Assembly (NCBI GenBank): GCA_020184695.1
Contig: JAANOX010000017.1
Span: forward strand, 471,283-535,282
Reading direction: 5' to 3'
Source of the DNA: Histomonas meleagridis 2922-C6/04-290x
Lineage: Eukaryota > Protista > Parabasalia
Length of the DNA: 64,000 bases
Shown piece by piece: positions 1-11,918 of this stretch (positions within the stretch are counted from its first letter, which is position 1; the number at the start of each line of letters is the position of its first letter). Under the pieces are notes generated by a model. It was not told the DNA's origin and made no database searches. It saw only the letters and a list, made by a program, of their open reading frames with translations. Position numbers and translations under genes: made by a program.

Positions 1-5
1 TTTCA

Positions 6-1403
6 ATGATGATTGTGGTGGTTTATATCAATTTTTTTCAGAAAAAACCACTGTTTCTACAGAAATTTTTATTGACCAACTACAAATTGAAAACAAACGA
101 AAAGAAAAAACATAAAAATGTTATAATTTTTGTTATATTTTTCATAAATTCTTTTCAATTATTTTATGATGATACCTTAACATTAACAATAACAAACACA
201 AATGATTTTAGTGAAATTGACCAATATAAAATTATCACGAAATTTATAAATATCAGTGAAGGAATTTATTTCATTCCAAGTGGCGCATTTTCAGAATGGC
301 CTTCAGTTGTTTCAGTTAATTTTGGTAATTCTATATCAGATATTGGGAATTATGCGTTTTCATCATGTTCTAATTTAGAAACGATTATTTTTGGAGAAAA
401 TGTTACAACTATTGGTAGCTCAGTATTTTCATTGTGTTCATCAATCAAAAACATTACAATTCCAAATTCAGTCATACTGATTGGTAGTTCAGCATTTGCA
501 TTATGTTCTAACTTAATGATATTAACTCTTGGGTATGAAATAAAAGAAATTGGAGATTCAGCATTCGGTAATTGTAATGCACTTGAATGCATTTATTATT
601 ATGGAACTAACGAACCAAATATTGGAGTAAATGCATTTTATAATGTTACAACAACAGTTATAACATATCCAACATATATCAATAGTAACTTTGGAGTATT
701 AAATGTATTCAAATCATATGCAGAAGGAAATTGCAAACCAATTCCAACACTTTCATTTTCAGCATCACATACATTCAGTCGAAGCAACACATATTCCAAC
801 TCAAATACATTCAGATGTAGTCACACATATTCTCAGTCAAATACATTTTCTCAATCGCATGCATTCAATATTAATACATTTTCAAAATCTAATACATTTA
901 CTGAATCATTTCAAAATGATATAACGAAATCTTTTTCATATCTATTAACAGTCACATTATCATTTACATATTCATTTACTTGTTATGAAATACAAACAAA
1001 ATCACTTTCACTAATTGTAATTAATTCATCGAATATTTTTATTGAAACAGAATTTATATATTACGATTACACTGTTGTTATTTATTCAACTTATTATATT
1101 TATTATTCGAACTTCTTTACATTTATTTATAACAATGAATTTCAAACAAATGATAACAAAATAACAATTATCATAATAATCGTTTGTGTTATTGTTATTA
1201 TTATTATAATTTCATTACTTATAATATTATTAATACGAATTAAAAATAAAAAAGAAGAATTTGCTGAAAACGAAATTTCAGAACAACAAAATGATGATAA
1301 CCAAACCACAAACACATGCACAACAGGAATATCAATCTCAAATATTGAGGAAGATCCTTTTGCAGATGATTTCAAAGAAGAGAAATTCATTGAGCAAATG
1401 TAA
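6..1403 (+). CDS. BspA-like (TpLRR) type I membrane protein: short LRR block, Ser/Thr repeat stalk, TM helix, acidic cytoplasmic tail
   Basis: TpLRR-type repeats (IGNYAFSSCSNLETIIFGENVTTIGSSVFSLC), SNTFS repeats, hydrophobic ITIIIIIVCVIVIIIIISLLIILLI followed by RIKNKK, tail EEDPFADDF. True start uncertain: the ATG at 118, just before the signal-like segment, is out of frame. Confidence 0.7.
   Translation: MMIVVVYINFFQKKPLFLQKFLLTNYKLKTNEKKKHKNVIIFVIFFINSFQLFYDDTLTLTITNTNDFSEIDQYKIITKFINISEGIYFIPSGAFSEWPSVVSVNFGNSISDIGNYAFSSCSNLETIIFGENVTTIGSSVFSLCSSIKNITIPNSVILIGSSAFALCSNLMILTLGYEIKEIGDSAFGNCNALECIYYYGTNEPNIGVNAFYNVTTTVITYPTYINSNFGVLNVFKSYAEGNCKPIPTLSFSASHTFSRSNTYSNSNTFRCSHTYSQSNTFSQSHAFNINTFSKSNTFTESFQNDITKSFSYLLTVTLSFTYSFTCYEIQTKSLSLIVINSSNIFIETEFIYYDYTVVIYSTYYIYYSNFFTFIYNNEFQTNDNKITIIIIIVCVIVIIIIISLLIILLIRIKNKKEEFAENEISEQQNDDNQTTNTCTTGISISNIEEDPFADDFKEEKFIEQM
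765..903 (+). repeat. Degenerate 18-nt coding tandem repeat (S-N/H-T-F/Y-S-x hexapeptide)
   Basis: SHTFSRSNTYSNSNTFRCSHTYSQSNTFSQSHAF in the 6..1403 ORF. Confidence 0.7.
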
Positions 1404-2032
1404 ATAAGACAAATATATAATAAAATATCCTAAGTTCTAAATGTGTTTCATTTTTCGTATGGTTGATTAAACGTCACCTCGTTATTTTCTACCAGCATTG
1501 ATGTTTAGTATTGTGCTTTTTGTTTTTGTAAAACTTTAAAAAAAATCACTAACAATATCCCCTTGTAGATAATAGTCAAAATATATTTTTTATTGAAAAT
1601 TGAGTTAACCTTCATGAAGCGTTTATTGATTACTAGGTTATTTAATATTAATGTACATTAATATAAATATTGAATCCAAAATTTTGCAAAAAAACTTCTT
1701 TATAAACCATAATAACACACCTTATAATACATATTTCTACCTAGAAATTCTCGAAACATTTGTTCAAATATCGGCATTAAATGGTCATATTTTTAAAAAA
1801 TCCTTTTTTTATCTATATTCTATATATGATAACTATACACTAGTGAATTACTACTAAAAATTAATGAAAAATGAAAAATATATATCTCAAAATTCAAATT
1901 TTAATTTTTTTTCACCGTAAAAGTGGTCTTCTTCGTGTATATTACTTTCAATGCGTCCAAATAATTTTAAACATATTAATAGTAAAATTATTTAAATTTA
2001 AAAACATGCAAAAACATTTATTTTATTTTACA

Positions 2033-3100
2033 TTATTCACAAAACTCATCAGGATGATATCTCCCGAACATTTCGATCATTTCATTATCGCCCATTTCCT
2101 TCACAACGTCCACAATTTCCTTCCCATACACATCCTCATGTATATTTGCTCCGTGCAACAAGAACCACTCAATAACTCTCATTTCCTTTTGTATGGCGCA
2201 CACAAACTCTCCAAGCATTGTCGTCTGTACTTCGCCGGATGATTTCAAATCGATTTCGTACCCATTATCCAACAATAGGTCCAAAATCAAAAGAGCTTCC
2301 GCCTCATCGCCGGTGTCCAAAAGGTAAAATGGCCCTTGACGACCATAACCGTCGAGCCGATTCACATCAATTCCTTTCTTCAGTACGATCTCGGCAATCT
2401 GGGAGCTTTTCGACGAGCAGATCCAATGGACTGCTGAGGGATACCGCATCTCGACGGGGATGTCGACTTCGTCGAGTTTTTCGCACAATGCTTCGACATC
2501 CGATACGCGTGAATGAAAACATGCAAGTTTAAGAGCACAATCACCGTTCGGTAAAATGACTGATGGATCTTCTCCATAATCTAAAAGGAGTCGAACAGTT
2601 GATGAATTATTATAATTAATTATTGATTGCATTAATGGAGTGTATTGAGTCGTGTCGCTTTCTATGTTGACGCCTTTTTCAAGAAGGATTTTGAGACATT
2701 CAAAGTTTTTGGTTTTGATTGCGCCAATAATGGAATGATTTCGTTTATTGGCATTTGCGGTAAGATCTGCTCCACAAGAAAATAAAAGTTGAAGTATGTC
2801 GGTATTCCCAGAAAGTGTGGTGAGATATATGAAATTAAAGTTGGGATGGAGAAATTCGGCTTGATGTGGATCTTTTTGAAGAATATAGGCAACAACTTCA
2901 ATAGAGCTGTTGGCACATGCATAGTGGAGAGGAAGGTAACCACCGGCTGAAAGAATGGTGAGTGAAAAGTTTTGAGACTCAAGATATACAAAAACTTCAA
3001 GTGAATCCGTATAAGAAGCTATGTGAAGTAGAGTTAGGTTGTCCGGTGGGAGGGTGAAAGGCTTTCCTTTTTTTAATGAGGTATTTCTGATATTAAAAAT
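2033..3100 (-). CDS. Ankyrin-repeat protein with uninterrupted repeats; 5' end frameshifted or uncertain
   Basis: The frame of the 2033..2632 ORF stays open upstream to 3100 (LTLLHIASYTDSLEVF; YLPLHYACANSSIEVVAYIL; FECLKILLEKGVNIESDTTQYTPLMQS). There is no ATG in this extension, and plausible N-terminal coding continues in another frame to about 3240. Confidence 0.7.
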   Translation of the reverse strand: MFNIRNTSLKKGKPFTLPPDNLTLLHIASYTDSLEVFVYLESQNFSLTILSAGGYLPLHYACANSSIEVVAYILQKDPHQAEFLHPNFNFIYLTTLSGNTDILQLLFSCGADLTANANKRNHSIIGAIKTKNFECLKILLEKGVNIESDTTQYTPLMQSIINYNNSSTVRLLLDYGEDPSVILPNGDCALKLACFHSRVSDVEALCEKLDEVDIPVEMRYPSAVHWICSSKSSQIAEIVLKKGIDVNRLDGYGRQGPFYLLDTGDEAEALLILDLLLDNGYEIDLKSSGEVQTTMLGEFVCAIQKEMRVIEWFLLHGANIHEDVYGKEIVDVVKEMGDNEMIEMFGRYHPDEFCE

Positions 3101-4106
3101 TTAAAATACGATATTTTGAATATGGAACTTTGGTCTAATTTTCCATATTTCTTTAAATCATTGACAGCATTGTTTTCAACCAATCGTACAATTTCTATTG
3201 CAAAATTGTGTTCAAGAGTTGTGCTGGAGTTGATCAAGAGTATCTAGGAAAAAAATTGCCATTTATTTTTATTCAATTTTTTTCTGGCGAAAACATTTGT
3301 TTCAAATCCTGATCAACTTTTTATTGTCATTAATATTTGTAAGAAATAAAAAAATGTCAGAACACGAAGTTCCAAAACTCACAACCATCATGAATTCGAC
3401 TTTTGCTCTCTTCTAATTTGATAAGCTTTACATTTTTATTTACAAGACGTTTAATTATTTAGTATTCTTCATTTAATTATTTGTAGGTTTGTAAAAAAAA
3501 ATAGGAGTGTGTGTTCATTAATCAACATTCTGACTGAAGAATCCCATTTATTGTTTTTCTTAATCATTAATAATTCATAATAAGTCACCAACATGTTTAA
3601 ATCTGTATACTTTGTGTTTACAAAGGGAAAAAATCTGGCCATCAAATCAAATGATATTTTCATATATTTAATTAAATTCATCAATTACAAACAGAATATG
3701 AAATAAAAACCAGATGTGTTGACAACCAAAATTTGTTTTAATTAATTCTATAGAATTCTGCAATTCAAAATAAGTTTCTTTTACCATTAAGATTGAGTTC
3801 AAAAAATGCTATTTTAACAGAACATTTTCATTTCACTTCACCAATTTTTCAAACAAACGTCACTCAGAAAATTTTAAATTTGGCTTCAAAATAATCGTTG
3901 CTGTTTTTACACATTCAAAATTTCATAACAAAAAAGATGGCCCTCCATTCGCGAGGGTTAAGCAAATATTGTAGTTCAATATCACTTAAAAGAACTTTTC
4001 ATACATTTGGGAATAAGCGAATCTATTGTTTTTTAATATTTTTATTTTTTTACATCTTTTATTAAAGCAAACGAAATTAATCTTAAAGTAAAATACGAAG
4101 ATAATC

Positions 4107-5732
4107 ATGTTTTACTCGATTGGACAGGATCCCAAAGATCAGAATTTAAATTATAAAGTTTATTCACAAAGAAATGAATTATATTAGCATCCAATCAGTT
4201 TATTCGATTTTGCTACCACAAAAAACATCAAGGTACTTAATGTATATCCAAGCACAGAAGCTGAGGTTAATTTTATATAAAACGCAACCAACAGAGAACA
4301 AAACACTTCATCTTTCAGCTATTCTTAAAGCATGGGTTGAAGGAGGTAGTTATACATATAATGGAGAAATTTATGATTTTGAAAGTTACTAATCGTGGTT
4401 TAGTTACTACTTATACATACTACATTCCATCTGATGTTTCCTTACCAATAAATTTAACGCATACAAGTTCAAATGCTGTATTTGGTGATGTTTGGGTTGA
4501 ATTAAGTGAATCTAATTCCCAAAATTCCGGAAATTTTACAGAAGCAGAAAACTTCGAATGGGCACTTGATGGATATTCTGAAACAAGATATAGTAATCCG
4601 CATTATTACTTAACAACATATAAAAACACAGCTATGATTCAAACAGGACATATGTTCGGTAGCACAACATTATATGAAAGACAACTTCTTGTGAATACGA
4701 TTTATTATTTATATCAAAGAACATCACTTCAATATGCATATGATAATTCAATTGAACACCAAAACTAAATCCACCAAATATTACCAGAATTGAAGGAGGA
4801 AGAACAATTGAAATCAACACGAGTAATAATTATGAAACCGCAACAATTTATTATAAAGTTGTAGGTTACACAACAAATGAAATTACATATGAATCAGCAC
4901 TAACACAATTTAATCTTACAACATTTGTCAAAGAATATTATTACATTATTGATGATGTTGAAATTACAAATATTACAAAAGAAAACTTAAATGAAGATCA
5001 AATAACAAATGGAACAATAACAAATATTAAAGATGGAGATCTTTATGTTCATGTTGCATCAATTGATAACTATGGAATATTAAGTGGTACATCACATATC
5101 TTTATAACGAAAGAACCATCAACATTAACATTCACCGAATCGAATACATATTCACAATCAAATACATATTCTAAGTCAAATACATATTCTAAATCAAGCA
5201 CATTTTCTAAATCAGATACATTTGCCCAAACAAATACATTTTCTAAGTCAAACACATTCACTATATCAAATGCATTATATTCATTGACTCATTCTATCTC
5301 ATTATATTACACATATTCTATAACAAAAACAGTTATTATTAAAACGCAATCCATAAATACTAATAATGATCAGTTACATTCATCAATACTATGATTATTT
5401 ATTTTGATTATTCTGTTGTTTTTTATACATCTTATTTCTCATTTTATTCTGATTTTTATACTATTATAAATCAAAATGAACAACAAATAAAATCTGATAT
5501 TTCAACAACATTTATCATTGGTATTTGTGTTGGAATTGTTTTAGATTTATTGATTTCTTTACTCATTATTTTTCTTGTTCATATTCGTAACAAAAAACAA
5601 AATAACGAAGAAGAAATTGATGAAAGGTCTAATGAAATAGAATCATTATACAATAATAAATTAATTAAATGCGAAGAAGATCCATTTGCTGAAGATTTTG
5701 CAAAAATAATATTATTAGAAATATATAAATAA
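4107..5732 (+). pseudogene. Multiply frameshifted type I membrane protein gene; C-terminal half paralogous to 6..1403
   Basis: Coding-like fragments in several frames (4174..4392, 4337..4768, about 4770..5390, 5391..5732), SNTYSK repeats, TM segment, EEDPFAEDF tail. Confidence 0.55.
5137..5262 (+). repeat. 18-nt tandem repeat (consensus near TCAAATACATATTCTAAG; SNTYSK)
   Basis: About seven imperfect units visible directly. Confidence 0.75.
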
Positions 5733-6086
5733 CATATTTTTTATTATATTTTTTTTTTTTGATTTTTCGAAACTATTATTTGAAATATGAATCATAAGCT
5801 GATTTAAAATAAAAAATTAATTTTTCTTAAGAAATTCAAATGTTTTTAAATCATTTGAGGGAGAAATCAAAGTACAATGATTAAACTACGAAATTAATGA
5901 AACAAATTAATAAATATTTATATTGGGTGATTATATAAATATGCATATGGACATCCATTTTGATTCCATTAAGAATATTTATTATGCAAAATGCAGTCAA
6001 ATAGTTTGAAAGATGGAATAAAGGTTTAAAAGATTTTAAATTATAAATTCTTTTTAACAAATGAATGTATATATACAAATGTTTAT

Positions 6087-6971
6087 TTACATATTCTTAT
6101 CTATGTCTGTAAGTTTTTGCTCAAGTGTATTCAAATACATCACGAAATCAGCAGACCCTTCTCCAACAACAAACATTGAGTCATTAAATTTGATCGCATT
6201 TAACATTTCGTTCAGCGCTTTGATGTTATTTTTGAGTTCTTCATTTTTGGACCTTAATTCTGCAATTCGTTGCTTCCGAAGTGAGTCAACTACATCTTCT
6301 TTGGTGTCAATGCTCAGATCTATAGATTGAACTCGTGAATTTCCATTTAATGCTTGCTGAATCAATCTCCGATCAGCATCAGGAATTTCTGTAGGACTAA
6401 CTTCAAAAGACTGTAGACCTATCTCTGGCGATGTCTTTCGATTTATAAATTGGAGAACTGTTTGGGTGATCGCGCCAGTTAATCCGCATTTAAGAAATGA
6501 GATACGTTCAATTTTGTTGGGATTTAGGATGCGAAGAACTGAACCTACACCAGTGTCGCCAATAGCAACATATGTAAATTTAATTGACTTAATGTTATTT
6601 GATTTATTAATTACAGTGATTAATCTTTCGATTAGTTCGTTGCGAATACTTAGGTGAGAAAAGGTTACCTCTTTGATACGTTGGCTTCGTGGTATAAAGT
6701 AACAAAGAAGTTCAATCATATTGCGAATATAATGTTTCCTTTTCTTCGCAACAGAATTAATAACATTGTGTGGAAGTCGAACATTCGGTTTGTTATTATA
6801 TTTTGCAAGTTCATTGCAATTAAATCCAATTGAATCTACATTTTTGATACAAAATGTTTGTAATGAACGAAATAAAATTTCATAATATTCTGATGGAATT
6901 AAAGAAAAATCAAAGTCATAAACTCCTTCTCCGCCTTTTGAGAGTTTGCGTATTTGTGTTGGCTTTAACAT
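6087..6971 (-). CDS. RNI-like leucine-rich repeat protein with C-terminal coiled coil
   Basis: 294-aa ORF; LRR-like segments (IKSIKFTYVAIGDTGV; IERISFLKCGLTGA) and heptads (IAELRSKNEELKNNIKAL). Confidence 0.6.
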   Translation of the reverse strand: MLKPTQIRKLSKGGEGVYDFDFSLIPSEYYEILFRSLQTFCIKNVDSIGFNCNELAKYNNKPNVRLPHNVINSVAKKRKHYIRNMIELLCYFIPRSQRIKEVTFSHLSIRNELIERLITVINKSNNIKSIKFTYVAIGDTGVGSVLRILNPNKIERISFLKCGLTGAITQTVLQFINRKTSPEIGLQSFEVSPTEIPDADRRLIQQALNGNSRVQSIDLSIDTKEDVVDSLRKQRIAELRSKNEELKNNIKALNEMLNAIKFNDSMFVVGEGSADFVMYLNTLEQKLTDIDKNM

Positions 6972-7381
6972 TAATTAAAACTTCTGTAATACGTTTAAAT
7001 ATTTTTTTTCCTAAAAATTCACAAATAAAATAAGAAAATCTTATTGATAATGCTTAAGCTTAAACATATTTATTCAAATACTGCTAAGTCACATGCATTC
7101 CAAAGATTCATGTTAAATAAAGATTTGTTTAAACATATGATCATATGAATTTTTTGATTCAAAGAATCATGATCACAAAAATTTATCCAAATAATTTAAT
7201 ACATTGAAATTACAACAAAATAATGTCTATAGTTTATAGCATAGTGTATTCCTGCATTTTATAGTATTTAATTAAAAGCTAATTTTCTTATAAAATTATA
7301 AAATTTATTTTTGTTTAACACTGAGGCAAAAAGAGTTGTTCGATAGTTTGAGGTGATACAGCTAATTAAAGCTTTCCTCCT

Positions 7382-7401
7382 TCCGTTTAACGTTAAACGG
7401 A
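7382..7401. other. Perfect 20-bp palindrome TCCGTTTAACGTTAAACGGA
   Basis: Equals its own reverse complement; lies in a divergent intergenic region 100 nt upstream of ATG 7501. Confidence 0.9.
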
Positions 7402-7489
7402 GGTCATTTTCAGTTGAACTAGCCGGCTAACGTTTTTTCTGCGTAAACGATCACACAATTTTTGAATGCCATCGGTGGCAATTTTCTAG

Positions 7490-7494
7490 TCATT
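7490..7494 (+). promoter_or_regulatory. Trichomonad initiator (Inr)-like element TCATT
   Basis: TCATT ends 6 nt before ATG 7501, matching the TCA(T/C)(T/A) Inr consensus. Confidence 0.55.
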
Positions 7495-7500
7495 TTTATC

Positions 7501-7836
7501 ATGGATTTATCAAGCCAGCCGCTACTTTCCGATCCCCAATCCGATATAATTGGACCACAAGGTGATATCCCCCAACCTCCAATAGATGGGAGCATCGAAG
7601 CACCAATCGAACCTCAACCAAACACCGAAGAACAAAAATCAAAATTAGACATAGTTGCAGAAAAGGCAGATAACGTCACACAAACTATTGTCTCCGAAAC
7701 AGCAAGAGTTTTGGAGCCAGTGACAAGAACTGTTGGACCTATTTTATCTAACTTTTTCGAGAGTGTTGTTGAAGCTACTGGTAAGATTAACAAGTCCATA
7801 TGTGATGCACTTGAAATACATCAAAATTCACCATAA
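7501..7836 (+). CDS. Small hypothetical protein, Pro-rich N-terminus
   Basis: Open frame from ATG 7501 with Inr-like element; no recognised domain. Confidence 0.55.
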   Translation: MDLSSQPLLSDPQSDIIGPQGDIPQPPIDGSIEAPIEPQPNTEEQKSKLDIVAEKADNVTQTIVSETARVLEPVTRTVGPILSNFFESVVEATGKINKSICDALEIHQNSP

Positions 7837-8163
7837 ACATTTGATAATATTTTAGTTTTTTCTTTCAACCATTATAAAGTAGATAAAGGATTGTGTTAAA
7901 TTCATTAATTGATTTCTCAATGATGACCAATTACAATGAAAGTTTTATTCTTCACTAATGCTATGCCTTGACATCCTAAATTTAATGTTTCGAAAGATTA
8001 TAGAATTGGAGTGTTGCTCAATTTGCTTTGTACCTGCACATACATGAAGCTAAACAATTGAAATACCCGAATTTGAAGATATGGAAGAATTAAATATATA
8101 TAAATGAGACAAAACAAAAGAGTTGGTTGAAATAAAATAAACATTTTTATGCAAATATCAATA

Positions 8164-8859
8164 TTAAACATTATCTTTAGTATCATCATCATCCAAAATA
8201 ATGGACTCTGCATACTCCCTTACGTCTTTTAATCGTTGTTGGATCAGTGTTTCCGCTTCTGATATCCTTTGTTGACATTCTTTTATTGATGATGAGACTT
8301 CATCCATTTGTTTTTTTAACTTCTGTTCAACATCATCAAAGTTTATGTTGACATCCGGACCAGCAAAACTTACAGTTGGTGGCTTTTGAATTGAAGAATT
8401 ATCAAATTTTGGAAAAAGCAAAAACTCCCCATTCAATTGCCTAACAGTTGGCATTGCTTCGCGAACATATTGAGGGAGTGTTGGCAGTTGAGCAATTGGA
8501 TTATCACTCAAATCTAAATATTTTAAATTTGTTAATTTCTTGAATTCCTCTGGTATTAGCGAAGAAAGTTGAGATATTCCACAGTTTTTTAGTGACAGAG
8601 ACTGAAGATTTGAAAGTTTTCCTATTCCTGTTAATGGAACTGAAGTTCCATCGAGTATTAATTTTTCTAACTTAGTGAGCCCACTAACTCCAGCTAAACT
8701 TTTAAGTTTATTACCTGAAACATCAAGTGATATTAAATCTGGACATAATTTACTTAGCTGACTAATATCAGTCAAGTCTAAATCTGATATATCCAAATTA
8801 TATACTGTTGTTGTATCATAATTACCTGAGTGAATTTTTACTAAAGCAGCAGAAAGCAT
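8164..8859 (-). CDS. Leucine-rich repeat protein (SDS22-like LRRs) with C-terminal coiled coil
   Basis: LISLDVSGNKLKSLAGVSGLTKLEKLILDG, LQSLSLKNCGISQL, LKYLDLSDNPI, LRRcap-like VRQLNG; probable ATG at 8859. Confidence 0.75.
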   Translation of the reverse strand: MLSAALVKIHSGNYDTTTVYNLDISDLDLTDISQLSKLCPDLISLDVSGNKLKSLAGVSGLTKLEKLILDGTSVPLTGIGKLSNLQSLSLKNCGISQLSSLIPEEFKKLTNLKYLDLSDNPIAQLPTLPQYVREAMPTVRQLNGEFLLFPKFDNSSIQKPPTVSFAGPDVNINFDDVEQKLKKQMDEVSSSIKECQQRISEAETLIQQRLKDVREYAESIILDDDDTKDNV

Positions 8860-9285
8860 CTGAAATTTCAGAAAACCAAAACAAAAACGACCGTTAAACA
8901 ATATTTTTCATGAAGATTAAATCCATAAAATTGGATTATGTGTATAAAATTCAAAAATTTTATTAAAAACTCAAATAACAATATATACTAAAGATATACT
9001 TAAAAAATATTTTTTAGAATTTTAGAAATATTGTAGCATGAATTTAAATAATTTTGAACATTTGTCTTCACATAAATATTTCTCTTTGTTAAGTAAACAA
9101 TATGCAAAGGTAAATACATGTTATAAATGAATGTATAATATCGAATGCACTAAGAGTAAAAACCCTCACAAGACTTTTTTTTGGCCGAAGATAAAAAGTG
9201 ACATCACTTTTTCTTTCGAAAATTGATTTGAAAGTACTAATGATCGGTTTTGCTTCAAAAATTTTTTGCAACAAATTTTATAGAA

Positions 9286-11696
9286 ATGATTGAACCCCAG
9301 CCACCGGACAGTGTTGGCGGTTCGAAATCACAGTCATCAACACAACAAGTATACCATAGGATTTATTATTGTCTGAAATCCCAGAGAACAACTTTTGAAA
9401 CATTAAATCAAGTTGTAAATCGACTTACTCCAGAAACAACCGATGACAAAAAGGCAATAGAAATGTTTAAATCTTCACTTTCTCAAATATTAGACTCTTC
9501 TTATGGTCTTTTATTTCAGTTATCATATAATTTTGCAGCATCAGTCAATACTCTTCTTACAGAAAAACTAACGCCAAGCATCGAAAAAGTTGGATACCAA
9601 ATCCTCTCTGCTTGCTTATCTATAAATCGACTTATTCCTTTGCTCTCTCGCTCGAATTTTTCAGGTTCATTTTCAGATGATGATCATCAATTCAATTTTT
9701 CAGCTTCAGGCTCACCTATCTCACCTCCTTCTTTTTCAGATCCAAGTGTTCCAACAGCCAATTCCCAATCGTCAGATTCTGATACTGTCATATGTCGAAT
9801 ATGTGAGAAAAAAATACCACTTAGCATGATTGAAGAACATTCTAAGATGTGTGAAGTTGCATATTTATCAAGTCAGACCATGATGACCACTGATGAGAAA
9901 ATGAAAAAGTTACAAATTCGAACCCAAGAACATCTTCTCAAAATCCATTGGCCTGGTAACGAGCAAAATGTTATTGATACGGTCATTCCTATTCTTCATA
10001 TTATAGCTCTTCTTGATAATGCGATCAAAATTGATAACAATTCAAGTGGCTCCTTTGAAGAATTAGAGTCTATCAAAGACTCCTTTAACCTTGTCAATGT
10101 CCCTGTGTCAAGTCCAGAGCTTAGCATTATATATAGCGAAGCCTTAGTTTTACTCGATGAGAAAATTAAAGCATCAAACAAACTATCCGAAGCAATGGAC
10201 TTTGTAGAGAAAACAACATCAGAAAAACTATGCATTCGCGAAACTACAATAGCTGACTTCCAATTTCTTAAGCGAATTTCAAGCGGCGCATATGCACAAG
10301 TTTTCTTGGCAAAACGAAGTGCAACTAATGACTTAATCGCAGTGAAAGTTATATCTAAGAGTAGTATCCAACGAAAAAATGATAGACAACGAATCCTTCT
10401 CGAGAAGAATATTCTTGAGCAAGTAACTTGTCCATATATGACACAATTCTGTATGTTTTAATATGCGCATTTTTTTATTTCTTTTGTTGATATTTTCATA
10501 AAGCTTGATGCGGACGATAGGAAATTCAATGATATACGATCGTTTTCACCAGAAAATAGTATCGTTGCATAGAATTTTTGTATCGTTTAGATAATGTCAA
10601 AAAAGAAATAAAAAAAGCGCTTTTAGATAGAAATAACTAACACATAGATTTTTCATATATCGGGAAAAATAACTATTACATTGTTATGGAATATTGTCCT
10701 GGAGGCGACTTATATTCATTGCTACAAAATATTGGTTGTTGCCAAGATGAAAATGTTGCTAAGTTTTATACAGCTGAAGTTGTAGAAGCCTTAGAATTCC
10801 TTAGGGAGAGCAATGTAATTCATAGGGATTTAAAACCAAACAATATTTTGGTAAGTGAAATTGGACATTTGAAATTGGCCGATTTCGGTTTAAGTGTTTG
10901 GGGGTTAGTTGATAGGCAATGTGCCTTCGAAGAATCACCTGAACGGATTATGGGCACGCCTGATTACATTGCGCCAGAAATTATCCTCCAGCAGTCGCAC
11001 ACGTTTACTGCCGATTACTGGTCGCTCGGTTGTATACTTTTTGAGATGTTAACTGGGGCACCCCCGTTTCACAGAGAAACCGTTGCGGATACGTTTACGC
11101 AAATTCTAAAAGGCGAATATGACGTTTCTGAATTAAACGATAACTCAGATGAAGCAAAGGATTTAATAGCTAAGCTGTTAAATAAAGACCCTGCAGAAAG
11201 ATTGGGGGCATCGTCAATTAGGGAGATTAAGAATCATCCTTGGTTCGCAAGTATTGATTGGGATAATCTGCAAGAACAAGAACCACCTTTTGTCCCAAGT
11301 TTAGAATCCGAGTTAGATACATCGTTCTTCGAAGAAAAAGAGCCCCCTGAACAAGATTTTAGTACTGATATAGAAGAAGACATAAAATATGCATCAAATT
11401 CCAAAGCACAAAAAAGAGCACTTTCATTTTTCGAGGACTTAAGTGACCAGTACTCGATGAAAGGAAGTGTTGACGAAGAAGATGATTTATTAGGATTTCC
11501 ATCTGCATCTCCAGAAGCATTATCGAGAGTTACAAGGAGAGCAGCGAAGAAAAAGAGATCGTCAAGTATGATACTTGATGATAAGCTTCCCGAGCCAGCG
11601 CCATTACATGAAAGTTATCTTCTCATGGAATCTCACAGTTTTTCAGCTGCAACTGTGCAAACAGGACGGCCTAAGTCTAGAAAGAGACCACAGTAA
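9286..11696 (+). CDS. AGC-family Ser/Thr kinase, MAST/Greatwall/Rim15/IRE-like, one intron: join(9286..10450,10648..11696)
   Basis: Zn-finger-like CRICEKKIPLSMIEEHSKMC, ISSGAYAQV, AVK, HRDLKPNN, DFG, GTPDYIAPE and an AGC C-tail. Splicing gives MTQF-YFSYIGKNNYYIVMEYCPGGDL in frame. Confidence 0.9.
10451..10647 (+). other. Canonical trichomonad spliceosomal intron, 197 nt
   Basis: 5' GTATGT and 3' ACTAACACATAG (fused branch point and acceptor); removal joins the two kinase ORFs in frame. Confidence 0.92.
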
Positions 11697-11918
11697 CGAG
11701 TTACAAAACATTTGTTTAGACTAAATTATTTTGTAATGTGGGATTTTTGTTTACATTATTTGTAGCTTGATGCTAAGTTCACACTATTTTCATTCTTAAC
11801 ATTTAAAATCTTCAGCTTTTACAAACAATTTGCATCGTGCAAAAGTAACTGCATTGAATCAATGTTGTCACTTTTGGATTTTTTTCGATTTAATATGACG
11901 GTTGGCCGTTAATTAAAT

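Noticed and set aside
1458-1570. GTATGG...ACTAACAATATC as an intron-like element
   Set aside because: It lies outside any ORF, and the branch-like motif is not followed by AG at the fixed trichomonad spacing.
4107-5732. Frameshifts in other broken genes (also 3075-3100, 21580-21700, 44385) as further 17-nt spacers
   Set aside because: No RT...TTT 17-mer whose removal restores the frame was apparent; these look like ordinary indels or nonsense lesions.
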